Source of the DNA: Neoconidiobolus thromboides FSU 785
Lineage: Eukaryota > Fungi > Entomophthoromycota
Direction: 5' to 3'
Length of the DNA stretch: 64,000 nt
NCBI GenBank assembly: GCA_025603075.1
Contig: MU626305.1
Location: 1 to 64,000 of the forward strand
In this document: in pieces, positions 47,743-63,066 of the stretch
Layout of the letters: every line of letters begins with the position of its first letter
How positions within the stretch are numbered: position 1 is the first letter of the stretch
The notes under the pieces: generated by a model
Told to the model about the DNA's origin: nothing
The model's input: only the letters and a program-made list of their open reading frames with translations
Database searches by the model: none
Position numbers and translations under genes: made by a program

Positions 47743-48917
47743 ATGGATTATCAATTTGAAACTTTAAAAGTACAGTTGCTACCAGATACACAAGGGGTAT
47801 TATTAGTACAACTCAATCGACCTAAAAAATTAAATGCATTTAATAATACGTAAAGAAATCAATGGTTCAATAAATTCAATTTAATAAAAGTTAATAGATT
47901 GATTAATGAATACCGAGAATGCTTCAAAAAGATTGAAAAGGACAACCACGTTCGTTGTGTTATTGTAACTAGCTCTGGAAAGCACTTTACAGCTGGTATT
48001 GATGGTGATATATATTATTATCTATACAATCAAGTTTTTTAAACAGTAAAATTTTAGTCTCTGTTTTTTCTTCAATGGGCGAGAGTGACCTCGATGTTGC
48101 TAGAAAAGCGCTGAATCAAAGACAAGTCGTTCTTGTAATTTTATTTAGTGTATAGGTTTATTGGAATTAAGATATACAATTTAGAATATTCAAGACTCAG
48201 TAAGCCAAGTGGAATACTGTAGTAAACCGGTTATAATGGGAGTTAGTGGTTTCTGCTTAGGTATGGGGATCGATATAATTACTTGTGGAGATATTCGATT
48301 TTGCACCTCAGATGCTAAATTTTCAGTTAAAGTAACACATTTTCTATATGTGAAAATTATAAATAGAATTTCAATATCTTTTAAAGGAAATAGACCTTGG
48401 TTTGGCAGCAGATGTGGGAACTTTACAAAGATTGCCAAAAGTATGCGGTAACCAATCTTGGGTTAACGAAATATGCTTAACTGCTCGTAATTTTGATGCT
48501 AAAGAAGCTCTTCAATTTGGTCTAGTCTCTAATATTTATCAAAACCAGGAGGAATTAATGAGTATTACTACTTTATTAATATTTTTTATTTATCTAATTT
48601 TAAACTTGCAGATGCTGCTTTAAAGATAGCTACTGCTATAGCTAGTAAATCACCAGTAGCTGTACTCGGAACTAAGTAATTTTTTACAAAATGAGTAAAA
48701 TAGATATTTATGATTTTTAGACATCTTTTGCTCCATTCTAGGGATCATTCTGTAGCTGAAGGTCTACTTTATACAGCTACTTGGAATGCTTCAATGCTTC
48801 AAACTGAGGTAAGGTTATTGCAGTTATTAATAACAATATGATTGAATTATCTAGGATATACCAAAATCAGTTATGGCTTCTATGCAAAAGAAACCAGCAT
48901 TTTATTCCAACCTTTAA
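47743..48917 (+). CDS. ECH1: Delta(3,5)-Delta(2,4)-dienoyl-CoA isomerase (crotonase family), probably peroxisomal
   Basis: VQLNRPKKLNAF; FTAGID; G.CLGMGIDIITCGDIR; DLGLAADVGTLQRLPK; C-terminus FYSNL* (PTS1-like variant). Confidence 0.88.
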
Positions 48918-49491
48918 TAAATCAATAATAAAGAATAAACTAATAAAACAAAATTTAACTATGTCGTGTTTTTATTTTAAAACTAGTTTCAGTAAAGGCT
49001 AATTCCATTAACACCTTTATCAATACAGTTAAGTTATTTTAAACAAAGTATTGATAATTTTTAAAATGAATTTTTACGTAATAAGTGGTAGCTTATAAAT
49101 AATTAGAATTCTAACTTTGGGTTTTAGGTTAAATTAAAACTTATCAAACTAAATTTTAATAAAAAGTAATTAGTTATTGGAAGAATTAAACAAGAACGAA
49201 AATTAATAATTTCAAAATTAATATAATAAGATAAGGATCTCGGGTTTATTCTTATCTCATTATTCATACCATTATTTCATTAGAAATTGAATATACTATA
49301 GCCAGTATTAATACTATTACTAAGTAAGATGTTAATGTAGTAAAATATTTCATTGATTTTAATCTTATTTCATTATTTCATAGATCGTTTAATAAATATT
49401 TTGTCAATTAGTAATTAACAATACTTCAAGCTTTTCAATGTTAAATTATAAATAGGAGTTGGTTAAATTGAATTATTAATTGGCAATCGGA

Positions 49492-49500
49492 TTACGTCAT
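49492..49500. promoter_or_regulatory. CRE/ATF-like site TTACGTCAT upstream of glutathione reductase
   Basis: Seen ~85 bp upstream of the ATG; ATTGG (CCAAT reversed) lies just upstream. Confidence 0.3.
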
Positions 49501-49572
49501 AGGTCTAAGAAATTGTGAGTTTGATATAAAATAGAAGGAAAAGACTATATTTTTTATCTTTATCATTTTTAA

Positions 49573-51148
<1,576 letters not shown>

Positions 51149-51183
51149 ATATAAATAAAATTATCGAAAAATATTGAATGAGT

Positions 51184-51287
51184 ATATGGGGGTGTTTTTT
51201 GGTTTCATCGTTTTTTCTATTTTTAAGCGTTATTTGAGTGGAAAGACTATTAGTAAAATTCTTAGACAAAAAAATCTATCCCCATAT
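51184..51287 (-). mobile_element. MITE-like repeat copy, 35 bp past the GLR1 stop
   Basis: ATATGGGGGTGTTTTTTGG...AAAAAAATCTATCCCCATAT. Confidence 0.88.
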
Positions 51288-51510
51288 ACTTAATCATCTT
51301 GTAAATTTACTATAAATCTTTATTAGCTTTATTTTGAACTTGTTTTTCCATCAGATAAGGCTAAATCGCGAATTAATATTTTAAAAGCCTAGAATTCAAT
51401 TTAAATTATAAATTTAAACCATAATCAATCCCCTTTAACTTATTGAGATCATCTTATTGGTTGATGCTAACAAAATAAAAAACTCAAAAACTCAATTTTT
51501 GAGAGTAAAC

Positions 51511-54353
51511 ATGTACTCTAATTTAAGAAGCATTAATACAAGCATAACAAGGAAATGGAATACAATTTTATTAAATAAAAAATTAGAGTATCCAAATAAA
51601 TTAATAGTATGGGGTAGTAGAGCTTTAAGTAGTACGAGATTGACATCAAATAATTCAGGAAAACAAGGTATGATAGTAGTATTTTTACTTCTTAAATGAG
51701 TTAATAGACATAATTATTTTCTTTGTAAATCCAATTCGAGAATATTTAATAACATTTAATAAACTAGATAAATCCCAGTTATTTCCACAAAACGAAAAAA
51801 AGTCAGTGTCGAACTCAGCGAATTCTAAGCTAGAGGAGATAAGATCAAATAAGAGTCAATTTAAATGGGTAAAGCAAGGTCGTCCACTTGAGTCCGTAAA
51901 CAGAGTTAGGCATAAATTCAATAATATATACGTTAAGCCTACAACTGAAACTAACAAGCCAGAAACTCAATCGGAGACAAATCAAGATTCTGAATTATTT
52001 TCTTTTACAATGCCAGAATCAAAGCCAAAACAAAAGTTGGTGAATAAGCCTGTACAGCATGATAGGCAAGGAGTTAAGATAAAGAAGCCCATCTTAAAAC
52101 AATTCAATAATAAAAATGAAAACTTCAAAAAAGAAACTGCCGCACCAGCAGCTCCAAGTGATAATTTAATAAGTGCGGAAAAAGAAGCAGCTAAAAAAAA
52201 ACGAATGGGACCACCGGGTTCAGTAAAATTTAAAAAAGAAGAATCCAAAATAGAAAAAAGGGAAGAGACTAAGCCAAATAAAAAAGGCAAAAAAGGAGCG
52301 AAAACACTTGAAGATGATGAGGAAGTAGATTTTGAACCCATTGTCAAAGCCAAGCCAAAGCCCAAAAACAAGCCACAAAAATCAATTAAACAAAAAGACG
52401 TTTATTTACCTCCTTTTATCAAATTAGCTAACCTGGCGAAATTACTAGGAGTTAACTATAGTTTAATGAGAAGAAGAATGATTGAATCTGGGCTACCAGA
52501 TCACCCCTATGACTATCTTTTAAGTGCCGATGATGCAAGTGTAATTGCTATGGCTTTTAATCTTAACCCTATTGAAGATGAACATCAAGCAAAGGATATT
52601 TATCCACAATCACCACCCTCAGCAACCGATCCAGACGCTCCGCATCCATTAAGAGCACCTGTAGTTACAATTATGGGTCATGTAGATCATGGTAAGACTA
52701 CCCTTTTAGATACACTTCGTAAATCTTCGGTAGCAGCTGGTGAAGCTGGTGGTATCACTCAGCATGTTGGGGCGTTTAAAGTGGAGCTTAAAAGTGGACA
52801 ATCAATCACTTTCCTTGATACTCCAGGTCATGCGGCATTCCGCAATATGAGATCTCGAGGGGCACATGTCACAGATATAGTGGTACTTGTAATTGCAGCC
52901 GATGATGGTATTATGCCACAAACAATTGAAGCGATTCAACATTCTTTGGAAGCAGAAGGTAATTAGTTATTTTCACTTTAAATAAATAATTTATTAAAAC
53001 ATAATTTAAGTGCCAATAATTGTGGCCTTAACAAAATGTGATAAGCCAACAAAAAATATCAAGCAAATTAAAGAGGATTTAATGCAACATAACGTACAAC
53101 TTGAAGAGTTTGGGGGAGATACACCAGTTGTAGAAATTGCTGCCCCAACTGGAAAGGGTATTGTAGAATTAGAAGAGACAATCAGTACTTTAGCAGAAGT
53201 ATTAGACTTAAGAGCACCAAAGAAGGGAGGTAGTGAAGCGGTGGTATTAGAATCCAATATCGATCGAGGTTTAGGTCCAGTTGCCACGGTTGTCGTTGGT
53301 AGGGGAACACTAAAACCAGGTCAATATTTGGTAGCTGGAGAATCATGGTGTAAAATCAAGTCATTAACAAATGAAAATGGAAAAATTATTAAAGAAGCAT
53401 TGCCGGGATCACCTGCTAGAGTTTCAGGATGGAGAAACATGCCAAAAGCTGGGGACTTGTGCTTGCAAGCTAAAAACGAAGACGAGGCTAAAGTCGTCAT
53501 TTCTAACCGTAGTAGAGTGTCGCAACAAAACCAGGAAATAAAAGATATGATTGCTATTAATGAAAAACGTCAAAAAGAATATGAACTTTTAGCTTCAATG
53601 GATGAGACAAATGAAGCTCCACTTAATGTTGAAGATGAGCTCCCTATACTGCCAATTGTTATTAAAGGTAATATTAAAGTTATTAGCTTATTAAGTAATT
53701 AAAAGTTATTTTTAGGTGATGTATCAGGAACAGTTGAAGCAATTGAAGAATCCATTGCTCAATTTCCAGATAAAAAAGTGAAAGCCAAAGTAATTCTAAG
53801 AGGGGTTGGACCAGTAACCAAAGCGGATTTAGATGTAGCTTTAGCTGCAAAAGGAATCATAGTAACATTTAATATTAAAACGGATAAAGATATTATACAA
53901 TTAGCTCAATCTAAAAAAATCGATATTTTATCACATAAAATCATTTATAGTTTATTAGAGGATATTAAAAAACGAATGGTTGACCTGTTACCAATAACCT
54001 ATCAATATGTCGAAGAGGCTAAAGTAGAAATTGTAAAATTATTTTCAATGAAACTTAAGAATAGATCAGGGTTAACAAACATTGCTGGTTGTAAGGTAGT
54101 ATCTGGTACATTGCAAAAAAGTCATTTTATAAATATATATCGTCCTAAAGGCAAAGACGATAAAATCAAAGGAGGAAGTGGAGAACTTATTAAAGAGAAT
54201 GCAATTATTTCAGTACTTAAAGTCTTTAAGGAAGATGTTGAACAAGTCAAATCAGGATCAGAATGTGCTATTGAGTTAAATAGATTTGACCAATATAAAG
54301 AGGGTGATAAATTATTAGCGTATAATAGAATCGAGGCACCTAGAATGTTATAA
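51511..54353 (+). CDS. IFM1: Mitochondrial translation initiation factor 2
   Basis: [18 protein letters not shown]; AGGITQH; DTPGHAAF; GDVSGTVEA; presequence-like N-terminus. Confidence 0.93.
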
Positions 54354-55146
54354 ACATTAAATTTAGGTATAAGTCGTTTAATGAAAACTTGGAATTTTAG
54401 AGTATAGAAATTAAAAGTTTATAAAAATAGTTTATTTAATAAATTGTAGTATTTTATATAATAGTAATAATAGTGTTTGATTTTTATAATGAAATAGTAA
54501 AAAACTATTTAAAATAAGTATAAATTAATGAAAAAGTGGTTGGATCATTTAGTAGTCTAAATTCAGTGTGATTTATTCTTAAGGTTTTATTGCTAAAACT
54601 GAGTGATTATTTCATATGTCAATTATAAGCTCTGTTCTTGTTTAATTAACTTGAATAATCTATAAAGAATGATTACTATCCTAAGTAAAAAAATGAATCT
54701 TGATTTTAAAGAGACATGGGTATCTTATTCTTATTTAATTGCTAATAAAATTGCTTAACAAACTATAAAGTTTATAAACCTCAACTAATAATTTATTAAA
54801 ACAATATGATTTTTAGGCTAATAACTTTATTGAGATGTAAAATTAAATAATTCCAACCTCCCCTGAAAGCAAATCTAAATCAACAACTTGAAGCATAAAA
54901 TGAAAACAAAAAAATAAAAATAGCCAACCATGATATTTTACTTAGGAGCACCAATCCAAATTTAGAAAATTTTTGCAAGCTCATATGATTGGCTAAAAAT
55001 CAATTAACCCCTCGATAAAGGAGGGCGAGAGAATGGTAACAGTTAAATGTCGATAGATTAATAACTTGAAGAATTGCAGATCATTGACCATTTTTTAGCA
55101 TTTTTATTTTACTTTATTCATTTTTTATTATTATACTTTAATCATT

Positions 55147-56102
55147 ATGGCACAGATGGCAAGCGATACTACCAATATTATCACCTCAGTAGCACCTCAA
55201 TCAAACCAAAACGCTAACTCTTCAACGACCAATTTATTACCCAACCGATTATTATTACAAGTCCGAGGCACAGAGTTTGATTTATCTCGGGATCAAGTCA
55301 TCAACTTACCAGAAAGTATATTGATAGTTATGTTTCCAAATGGAGTAATATTGAACTCAAACCCAGAATATGAGGCGTTATTAAAACAAGATATAAAAAC
55401 TGGATTGGAAAGAATCCACCAGCATATAGTTCACGTTGACTTTAACCCAGATATGTTAAAGTACATTATTGATTTTTATCAAGAACTGAACAAAAAAGAT
55501 GGTCAGACTACTAAAGACTTATCTTACTTATTTGGACTCTCTCCGGGGTCTAGTTCCCCGTTCACGAATAAAAAGCCATTTATTACATTAAGAGAAGAAT
55601 TGGACTATTTTTCAATACCTTTTAGTCCAGAAGGTAAACAAGAATTGTGTACAAAAACATTAAATGAGGATAGTTTACGATTAGTGTGTAAAGAACACTT
55701 GATGAAAAATACCAAAATCTTTGATGCATTCGAACGAAATATTCATGGTGGCTCCAATTTGGCTGAACGTCAATTGGTTGATATGTTATGTCTTTCAGGA
55801 TTCACTAGGCAAGATAGCTGGGGTTATCGATGCTCCGAACCAAATCGAGCCACTTTGGTGTCCATTTCGTTAGTGCCTTTGACATCCACTGATGAGGCTA
55901 TGAAAGTAGGGGTCACACAAAAATTACTATTATTTTGGCGTAAGCCGGCTGTAAGTTTTATTTAAAGTAGTTTATTATTGATACTAATTTAGAATAGAGA
56001 AAGTGCTGGTGGGATATTGAAACTATTAAGGAAGAAGATGGTGAATTAGAAATTAAGCTGTGGTCTCGACGTATTTGGACGTTAGAATTAGTGTTTGTTT
56101 AA
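55147..56102 (+). CDS. WHI2: Whi2-like protein (BTB-related phosphatase activator)
   Basis: VRGTEF.LSR....LPESIL..MFPNG; LREELDYF; LLLFWRKPA|RKCWWD; KLWSRRIWTLEL. Confidence 0.8.
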
Positions 56103-56304
56103 TAAGATTTCAAATTTATATAAATTGATATTTATATAAAAACATTAAATTATTAGAATTTAAAATTTAGTCTTAGTAAGTGTACTCTGTTTTCATTAGT
56201 ATTTTTTATCTATATAAAATTAAAGTCGTGAAGAATATATATTATTTACAGTCATTAGCATTGTTTATTTCGTTTTATTTTATCTTACATTTGTTTATTA
56301 TTTG

Positions 56305-56408
56305 ATATGGGGATGTATTTTTTATTTAAGAATTTTATTAGCAGTTCTTCCACTCAAATAACGCTTGAAAATAGAAAAAGTAATAAAATCGAAAAAACAT
56401 CTTTATAT
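56305..56408 (+). mobile_element. MITE-like repeat copy
   Basis: ATATGGGGATGTATTTTTTATTTAAG...AAAAAACATCTTTATAT. Confidence 0.87.
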
Positions 56409-56593
56409 GTAATTATTTTATATCTAGTTAATAATTTGTATGTAGTTAATTTTGACTCTCATTAATTTAATTTAAATGCATAGCTTGTTTAAAATTGCTT
56501 TAACTATTTAAAATTCTTCGTCAAACTAATTGGCTTTTATTTAAATGATTTAATAATTAACTTCTTAACTTCAACTTTTATTTTTCTTATAAA

Positions 56594-56935
56594 ATGCTCA
56601 AATATTACTTTAAACCTTTATCCACCATACAACATTTAACAAGAACTTATAAATCAGGCCCAAGCCCATTACCTTTGGGCGATAAGAAGCAACAAAAAGA
56701 GATTGAGTCTATGATTGCGAATAAACAAAAGGAGCTAGAAGCTTCTGAATTAACTATGAGTCAAAAAGAGCGACTGGACAATGAAAAGATTAACATAAAT
56801 GCAACTTCAGAAGACCCATTACCAAGCTTTGAGAATGATATTAACCCAGTGACAAAAGAGGTTGGAGGACCTAAGGGTAAAGAGCCTACTAGGTATGGGG
56901 ATTGGGAAAGAAAAGGGAGAGCATTTGATTTTTAA
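56594..56935 (+). CDS. SDH8: Succinate dehydrogenase assembly factor 4 (DUF1674)
   Basis: C-terminal EVGGPKGKEPTRYGDWERKGRAFDF; mitochondrial presequence-like N-terminus. Confidence 0.93.
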   Translation: MLKYYFKPLSTIQHLTRTYKSGPSPLPLGDKKQQKEIESMIANKQKELEASELTMSQKERLDNEKININATSEDPLPSFENDINPVTKEVGGPKGKEPTRYGDWERKGRAFDF

Positions 56936-57037
56936 ATTAATAAATGGTCAAACTGTTAAATATAAAATATAAGCTTATAAAAATTTTCATTTAAATAATT
57001 ACTATTTATTATTTTAACCAATTCTCGATACTAAATT

Positions 57038-60000
57038 TTAATTCCTATAATTATATGGATTTGGGGGGATTGGAGGTGCACTAGGGTTTGAATTAGGATA
57101 ACGGGCTTGATGCCCTTGATTATTAGATGGCATAGATTGAGTTTGGTAACCTTGATTTGTTTGATAATTCGATGGTATGGGTGCGTCACCCGATAGTAAG
57201 TCTGGTTTAGAAGAGTAAGGATTTGGACTGTAAGCATAAGGGTCTTGCAATTGAGTATTGACTGCATAATGGGTTGAATTGTGTGGAGGTTGATATCCAC
57301 CCTGTGGCTGACAGGTTGCTTTAAGAGGATATTGATAGGATGAAAGTTGTTGACTTGGTAGTTGATGATATTGGCTTGAGGAATTGTTAGGGAGTGAATG
57401 GCTTTGATTTAAAAGTGGGTAAGATGGCTCTCGAGGTGGTTGCTGTAAGTGTTGTTGCGGTAAATACTGTTGGCTATGATACTGAGGCTGCTGTGGGGGA
57501 GGTTGGTTGTAATTATAATTAGGTGAATAATTTTGTTGCGGTGGTACATTCTTAGGTGTATCAATGTAATAATTCTGCTCTTGTGCATGACGTGATAAAC
57601 TATTGTAATTTGAATCATTGGAACTCATTTGAGTATGCTGTAAGTTTGGCTGAGCAAGTAGAGATACATGGCTATTATAGTTAACAGTTGGAACGCTCTG
57701 ATTATATTCATTTAATCGAATGTTACTCATTCTATTTGATAATTCATTATCTATCTGATTTGAACTTGAATGCGAGCTTAGGGAAGAGTTTTCATACTTT
57801 TGTAAATGAGATTGTAAAAGTTCATAATTTAAGTTTTGTTTTCCCTTTTCAATTTCTCTTTGAATATTTTCTCTTTCTATCCTTCTTTCTTCGTCAAATC
57901 TTTTTACGCGTCCAAGTAAATTATGTACAACAGGCTTGACATCGTTGTAAAAGCTTTGACCATCACTCGAATTGGAATGAATTTCATAAAATAAATCAGC
58001 TACTTTTTTAAACCTAAGATTAAGGTTGTCGCGTACATTGTCTATCATATTCCATCCCTTATTTATCTTCTTGCTTTCGTCATTATCCATCAGCTTTTTC
58101 ATATGCTCAGTAATTTCTTGGAGTGCCGTTTGTTGATGATGAATGGTGGTGGTAATTCGATCCTGGTGGCTTCGGTATTTCTCAAGTTCATTAGCAAATA
58201 ATTGAGGTTCAACTGAAACTGATTTCTTATTTAAAATGAGTAAAGATGAAATATCATCATTTTTTACTTGTTCTTTCAAATCATGTAAAACTTCTTTTCT
58301 TTCTCTTTTAAGCCCTTTTAGCTTATCTATTAACTCATAAACAAGTGTTACTGAATTAGATAAGAAATCTTCTTTATCAAGGTCAACTAGAGATTCCGTT
58401 AATCCAGACATTGAATTCTTTGTAGATGCAGCAGTAATAATTTCAGCATATATTTGGCCTAATCGGTCTTGTGAAGGGTCACTTTTAATTATTAAAAGAT
58501 CCTCTTTATTTGAATTAAATTTTGAAAACATTAAATTATCTGATTCAATTGCCTTTTCTAATAATTCCCTATTGACCCTGATTTCTTGCCGAATGCCACT
58601 AGCTGCTGTACTAGATGGATCTTGGGTCCACAAATCTTGAAATTTAGCTCTTAAATTCTCCCCATTTCTAAGTTCCATGTCTAAAATCGAACTGCATTCT
58701 TCCAAAACCTGTCTGAGTTCTTTATTTGCTTTCGGTAATGATGAAAGTAAGGATTGTATACTTTTACCATTTTGTTCTTTTTGATAAATCTCATTATTGA
58801 GCTTAATAATTTCTTCTGGGGGTATAATTACAGTATGGATTAAATTGTTGTCTTCTTTTTTGAATCGAGTCAAACAATCTGGTAGACTCATATAAGATAA
58901 GGAAGCTTCAAGCTCCGAATCAGCAACATCAATTCTCTCTGTTTCTAATCTTACTAACTTTGCCATTTCTTCAGAATATAACGAAGCTGATTCGTGTACA
59001 GATAATGGTATCAATTTGCGGAACAAATCATGTCCAATGACTCTGGGCAAGTCGCCTGGATTATACAACTGAGAAAAAGGTATAATTTTACTAGCCGGTA
59101 ACTTATCGATTGGAACTAATACATCATGATTAATAACTGGATGATGATAAATCATATCGTTTTCTTTGACTGCATTTTCCATTTTATGTAAATATTCGTC
59201 ATGATTGCGCTTAGTAATTACGTCTAATGCTTTAGCTGCATCTAATGGAAAGATAGAATTTGAAGTCCCAATAACTCTAGATAAATTATAAGTACATGTC
59301 ATTGCTTCCTTTGCCAATTCTTCTGCTAAAGTAAACCTAGAAACCGCTTCACCATATTCGCCTTCGTCTTCTAAAGACTTAGCTTTATTAAACTGAGCAA
59401 CTGAAGAATAAAGTTTGATTTTTGTCTATAAGATGTTAGTAACTGTCTATAAAAATGTAAAATAATATACCTTTGCTAATAAAGACATGCTTTGAGGAAA
59501 TAGCTTTTTTGGTAAAGATTCTGTAAGAGCATCTACGATGTTAGTATATAAATAGTTTAATTGTGAAGCTAACTTTGCAATCAGTGTGTTCTTTTTCTTT
59601 TCAGTAATACATTTCTCTAGAAAGCATTCTTGAGCTTGAGCTAACATAAATTGGATTAATACCTTAATGATTTCTCGATTCAAATCAGAAGATGGAGCAT
59701 GCAAAAAATTTTCGTTGATATAAGTAAAGATCCCTGCTGATAATTGAAAATTGTGATAAGCTGTTTTTAGCCCTTGTACTTCAAACCTATTTTGGCTCGA
59801 AGCAATGTTTGATAAAAGAGCAGCAATATTAAATATAACACATGCCTTTTCATATGCCAAAGAATGTTGAGAAATTTTTTTCTGAGTAAAAGCATCATTC
59901 CTAAAAAGCTATTAGATTTTATTCTACATTCTTTATACAAAGGTTACCATGGGAAATTAATTTTTACATTGTTTTCGTCTACTTGAAAGCGTAACTCTAA

Positions 60001-60222
60001 TAAATCTAACTGGCCAAAATATCTGTACAAAAGATCCCTCCCTGTATTATCTACTCCAGCCCCTCGCATATCTTGTCGAATTCGATTAAAAGTATGCAAC
60101 TCCTCACTGTATTTGTCGGCTTCATCCATATATACCGACTCAATATATTTTCTAAGAGGCGCTATCCAATCCACCTCCTCTGTTGTTTTCAAAGGTACGT
60201 GTAGTAAAGGGCATTGACTCAT
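57038..60222 (-). CDS. BRO1: Bro1/ALIX-family ESCRT accessory protein
   Basis: BRO1 domain (GRDLLYRYFGQLDLLELRF, AYEKACVIFNIAA, NDMIYH), V domain, P/Q/Y-rich tail; two introns. Confidence 0.9.
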
Positions 60223-60233
60223 CGTTATTTTTT

Positions 60234-60296
60234 AACTAAAAACTAAAAACTAAAAACTAAAAACTAAAAACTAAAAACTAAAAACTAAAAACTACA
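60234..60296. repeat. Heptanucleotide microsatellite (AACTAAA)8 plus a partial unit
   Basis: Eight perfect units at 60234-60289, starting 11 bp upstream of the BRO1 ATG. Confidence 0.95.
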
Positions 60297-60999
60297 AAAT
60301 TTGAATAATAGATTTTTCCAAACTCTAAGCTTTGGCTAAATGGTCACTTTTATTCTATTTTAACCAACCATACTCAAGTTTAACTCCCATCCAATCTCAT
60401 TCAAGTTCATATTTATATGATATTTTTCAAGAGCTAAGCTTGGTAATCTAGTAACTAGATTTATTATACATAGTAAATTAAGCACAGGTTTTATTTATTT
60501 ACTTTAGCACTCAAGAAGCTTTATACAATATAAATAGTGACTTTAAAACAATATTGATTTAAAGAATTAAAATTGTCAAATTACACCAGAATCCCACAAA
60601 AGCGAAAAAGCTACAAAATTTAAGGTAAGACATTTCCTATTTTAGGAAGTTTGTGCGGCAAATATGCCAACACAAGTTATCGTGTTACTGGCCATTTAAC
60701 CTCAGGGTTTTAAGTAAATCAAGTCGGTGTCAACATCTTGTGGAGATTAAATCTCACATCTTAGTACCTAAATAGTTAAGTTAGTCAAGCTTAAGTATTG
60801 GGTTGGTAGTTAGTACAGCAAATATCACACTAAATTACTGATATTGTTAAGCTACAATTATAATATAAAAACTTCCAGTAAAATTGTCTTGAACTCAAGT
60901 ATAAGATTTTATAAAACCTGAGTGTACTTGACCTTGGTACTGTTTAGTAAAACATAGATCATTAAGTTTGCTAAAAGGTCTTAAAAGTCAAATAAAAAT

Positions 61000-61106
61000 A
61001 TATGGAGATGTATTTTTGTGTTTAAGAATTTTACTAACAAATTTTCCGCTTAAATAGCGCTTGAAAAATGGAAAAAATAATGAAGTCAAAAAAAACACTC
61101 CCATAT
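61000..61106 (+). mobile_element. MITE-like repeat copy (well-conserved subfamily)
   Basis: ATATGGAGATGTATTTTTGTG...AAAAAAAACACTCCCATAT. Confidence 0.92.
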
Positions 61107-61289
61107 ATTTTTATTTAACTTTTAATACCTTTCAGCAAACTTAACAACCCATATCACCTCTTCAAAAATGTGCAGACTTTTTAAGGATTGTATTACATTT
61201 GATTAAAAAGCGAGTGTTTATAACAACTTATGTAGGCATAAAAAGCTAAAAAATATAATTTAAAGAACTCATGCTTAAAATACGGTTTT

Positions 61290-62835
61290 TTATTTAAGAA
61301 GCTCAATTTGGAATCTATAGAGTGAATAGTGTTAAAAGTGTATATCATCATAAAAATATTACCTTTTGTATAAACTCATAAATTTAGCAGTAAATCCCTC
61401 CAAATGAACAATGTATTTTTGGCCTTCTTTTATACGTAAGTCCTAGCAGAAGAAGTTAAAATTCGCAATAAATAATTCCCATAGAACTTACAAATATAGT
61501 GGCTTCTTTTAATAAAGTCAACTTAAAGCTATCTGGCACTTGATTGAATAGCTCAATGGTTAATTGCTGAATAAAAAATGTTATAACTTAATAAGCGAAT
61601 TTAAAAATAAACCTACTTTAAGGATCGTTGCAGGTGGAATACACCTTGCTAATAATTCATAGTACATTGTACGGCAATTAATCAATCTAAAGATAATAAA
61701 TTTTACAGTATTCATGATAAAACATTACTTACGTTAGAGCTGTTTGATTTTTAATTATATTATTCGCAATATTTTTAATATAAAGCTCCCAATCTGGAAT
61801 AGGAATAGGTGTTGATGGATTTACTGGATAACTAATAATTGTTTATCGTTATAATCAAAGTTCATAGTAAAAATAGTTACGTTTGGGACAAAGTTGCCTC
61901 CAAAATAAGTATAGCTTTTCTCAAGTTACGATCAGACATAGCAACCAAATTCTTGGCAAATTGTGGTGGTAAATCAAACACTTCTTTTCTAGATAAATCA
62001 TTAAGGATATTAATAATCTAAAAGATTAATTTATAATCCTACTGATAAATAAATAATTACCTGCTCTTCAGTAGGTGCTGGAACTCTTAATAATAAACAA
62101 CGACTTCTTATTGGGGATATGATATTTGTTGTATTATTACAACACAAAATAATTCTCAGGTTAGACATGTATTTTTCCATGGTTCTACGTAAAGCTTGTT
62201 GAGCTGGTTTAGATAGCGACTCTGCTTCGGAGATTACAATGACTAAAATAATTTTAGTTTATCTTTTTTTCTATTTTTTTCTATTTTTTTCTTACCTTTG
62301 AATTTCCTTTTTGAGTTTGAATCTATCTGTTGAGTTTGTGCAATTTCTTTAATCACAGTTTGAATAACAAATCGATCTTGGTTTCCAACATCACTATAAA
62401 AAACTGAATCAATCATACAATAACTAAAATAGAAACAATTTTACCTTGGATTCAACTCCATATGAAAGTTACTGGATACTATACTTATATCAATTTTTCG
62501 ATTTGATGGCGTTGTAAATTGACGCATATCGATATGAATCTAATAGTCAAGTAAGTAAAACACTCCCATTTTAATTTAAATCCTCTACCTTTTCAACTCC
62601 ATCACCGAAAATCCCTTTTAGCAAAGCATGGATCCTAGTCTTTTTTCCTGCCCCTGAAGGTCCATAAACTAACAAATGAGGAACTTCCTCAACTTCAGAC
62701 TAGAATATAGTTAACTATCTTTCTTAATTTTTTATATTTTTGATTTACTAGCTTCTTAAGTTGTCCAGTCAAGTCCTCATGGTAACTAAGTTTGGCTATA
62801 CTGTCTGGCCGATATTTGTCTACCCATAAACTCAT
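61290..62835 (-). CDS. RFC5: Replication factor C small subunit (yeast Rfc5 / human RFC3 ortholog)
   Basis: [10 protein letters not shown]; [10 protein letters not shown]; SNFHMELNP|SDVGNQDR; [12 protein letters not shown]; IRSRCL; HLEGF. Confidence 0.93.
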
Positions 62836-63066
62836 CTTTGATTATCTTATTAGAAAAAAGCAAAGTGATGATGTTTTTAAGTCATTTTCTTATTATAGAA
62901 TATTGCTTTTTCAAATCAATTTTATTGGATACAATCTCTTTATGGGAGCTGAATTAAAGTTTTATAGTCAAATATTATGAAATCAAATAAAAATAAAATC
63001 AATAAAAAAAGATCAATAATTAAATAATACATAAAAAATAAAAGAATCATTTTATTCAAGTGAGAT

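Noticed and set aside
61549-61566. TAGCTCAATGGTTAA, a tRNA-like start
   Set aside because: It is the antisense of an RFC5 coding exon (LTIELF) and has no cloverleaf.
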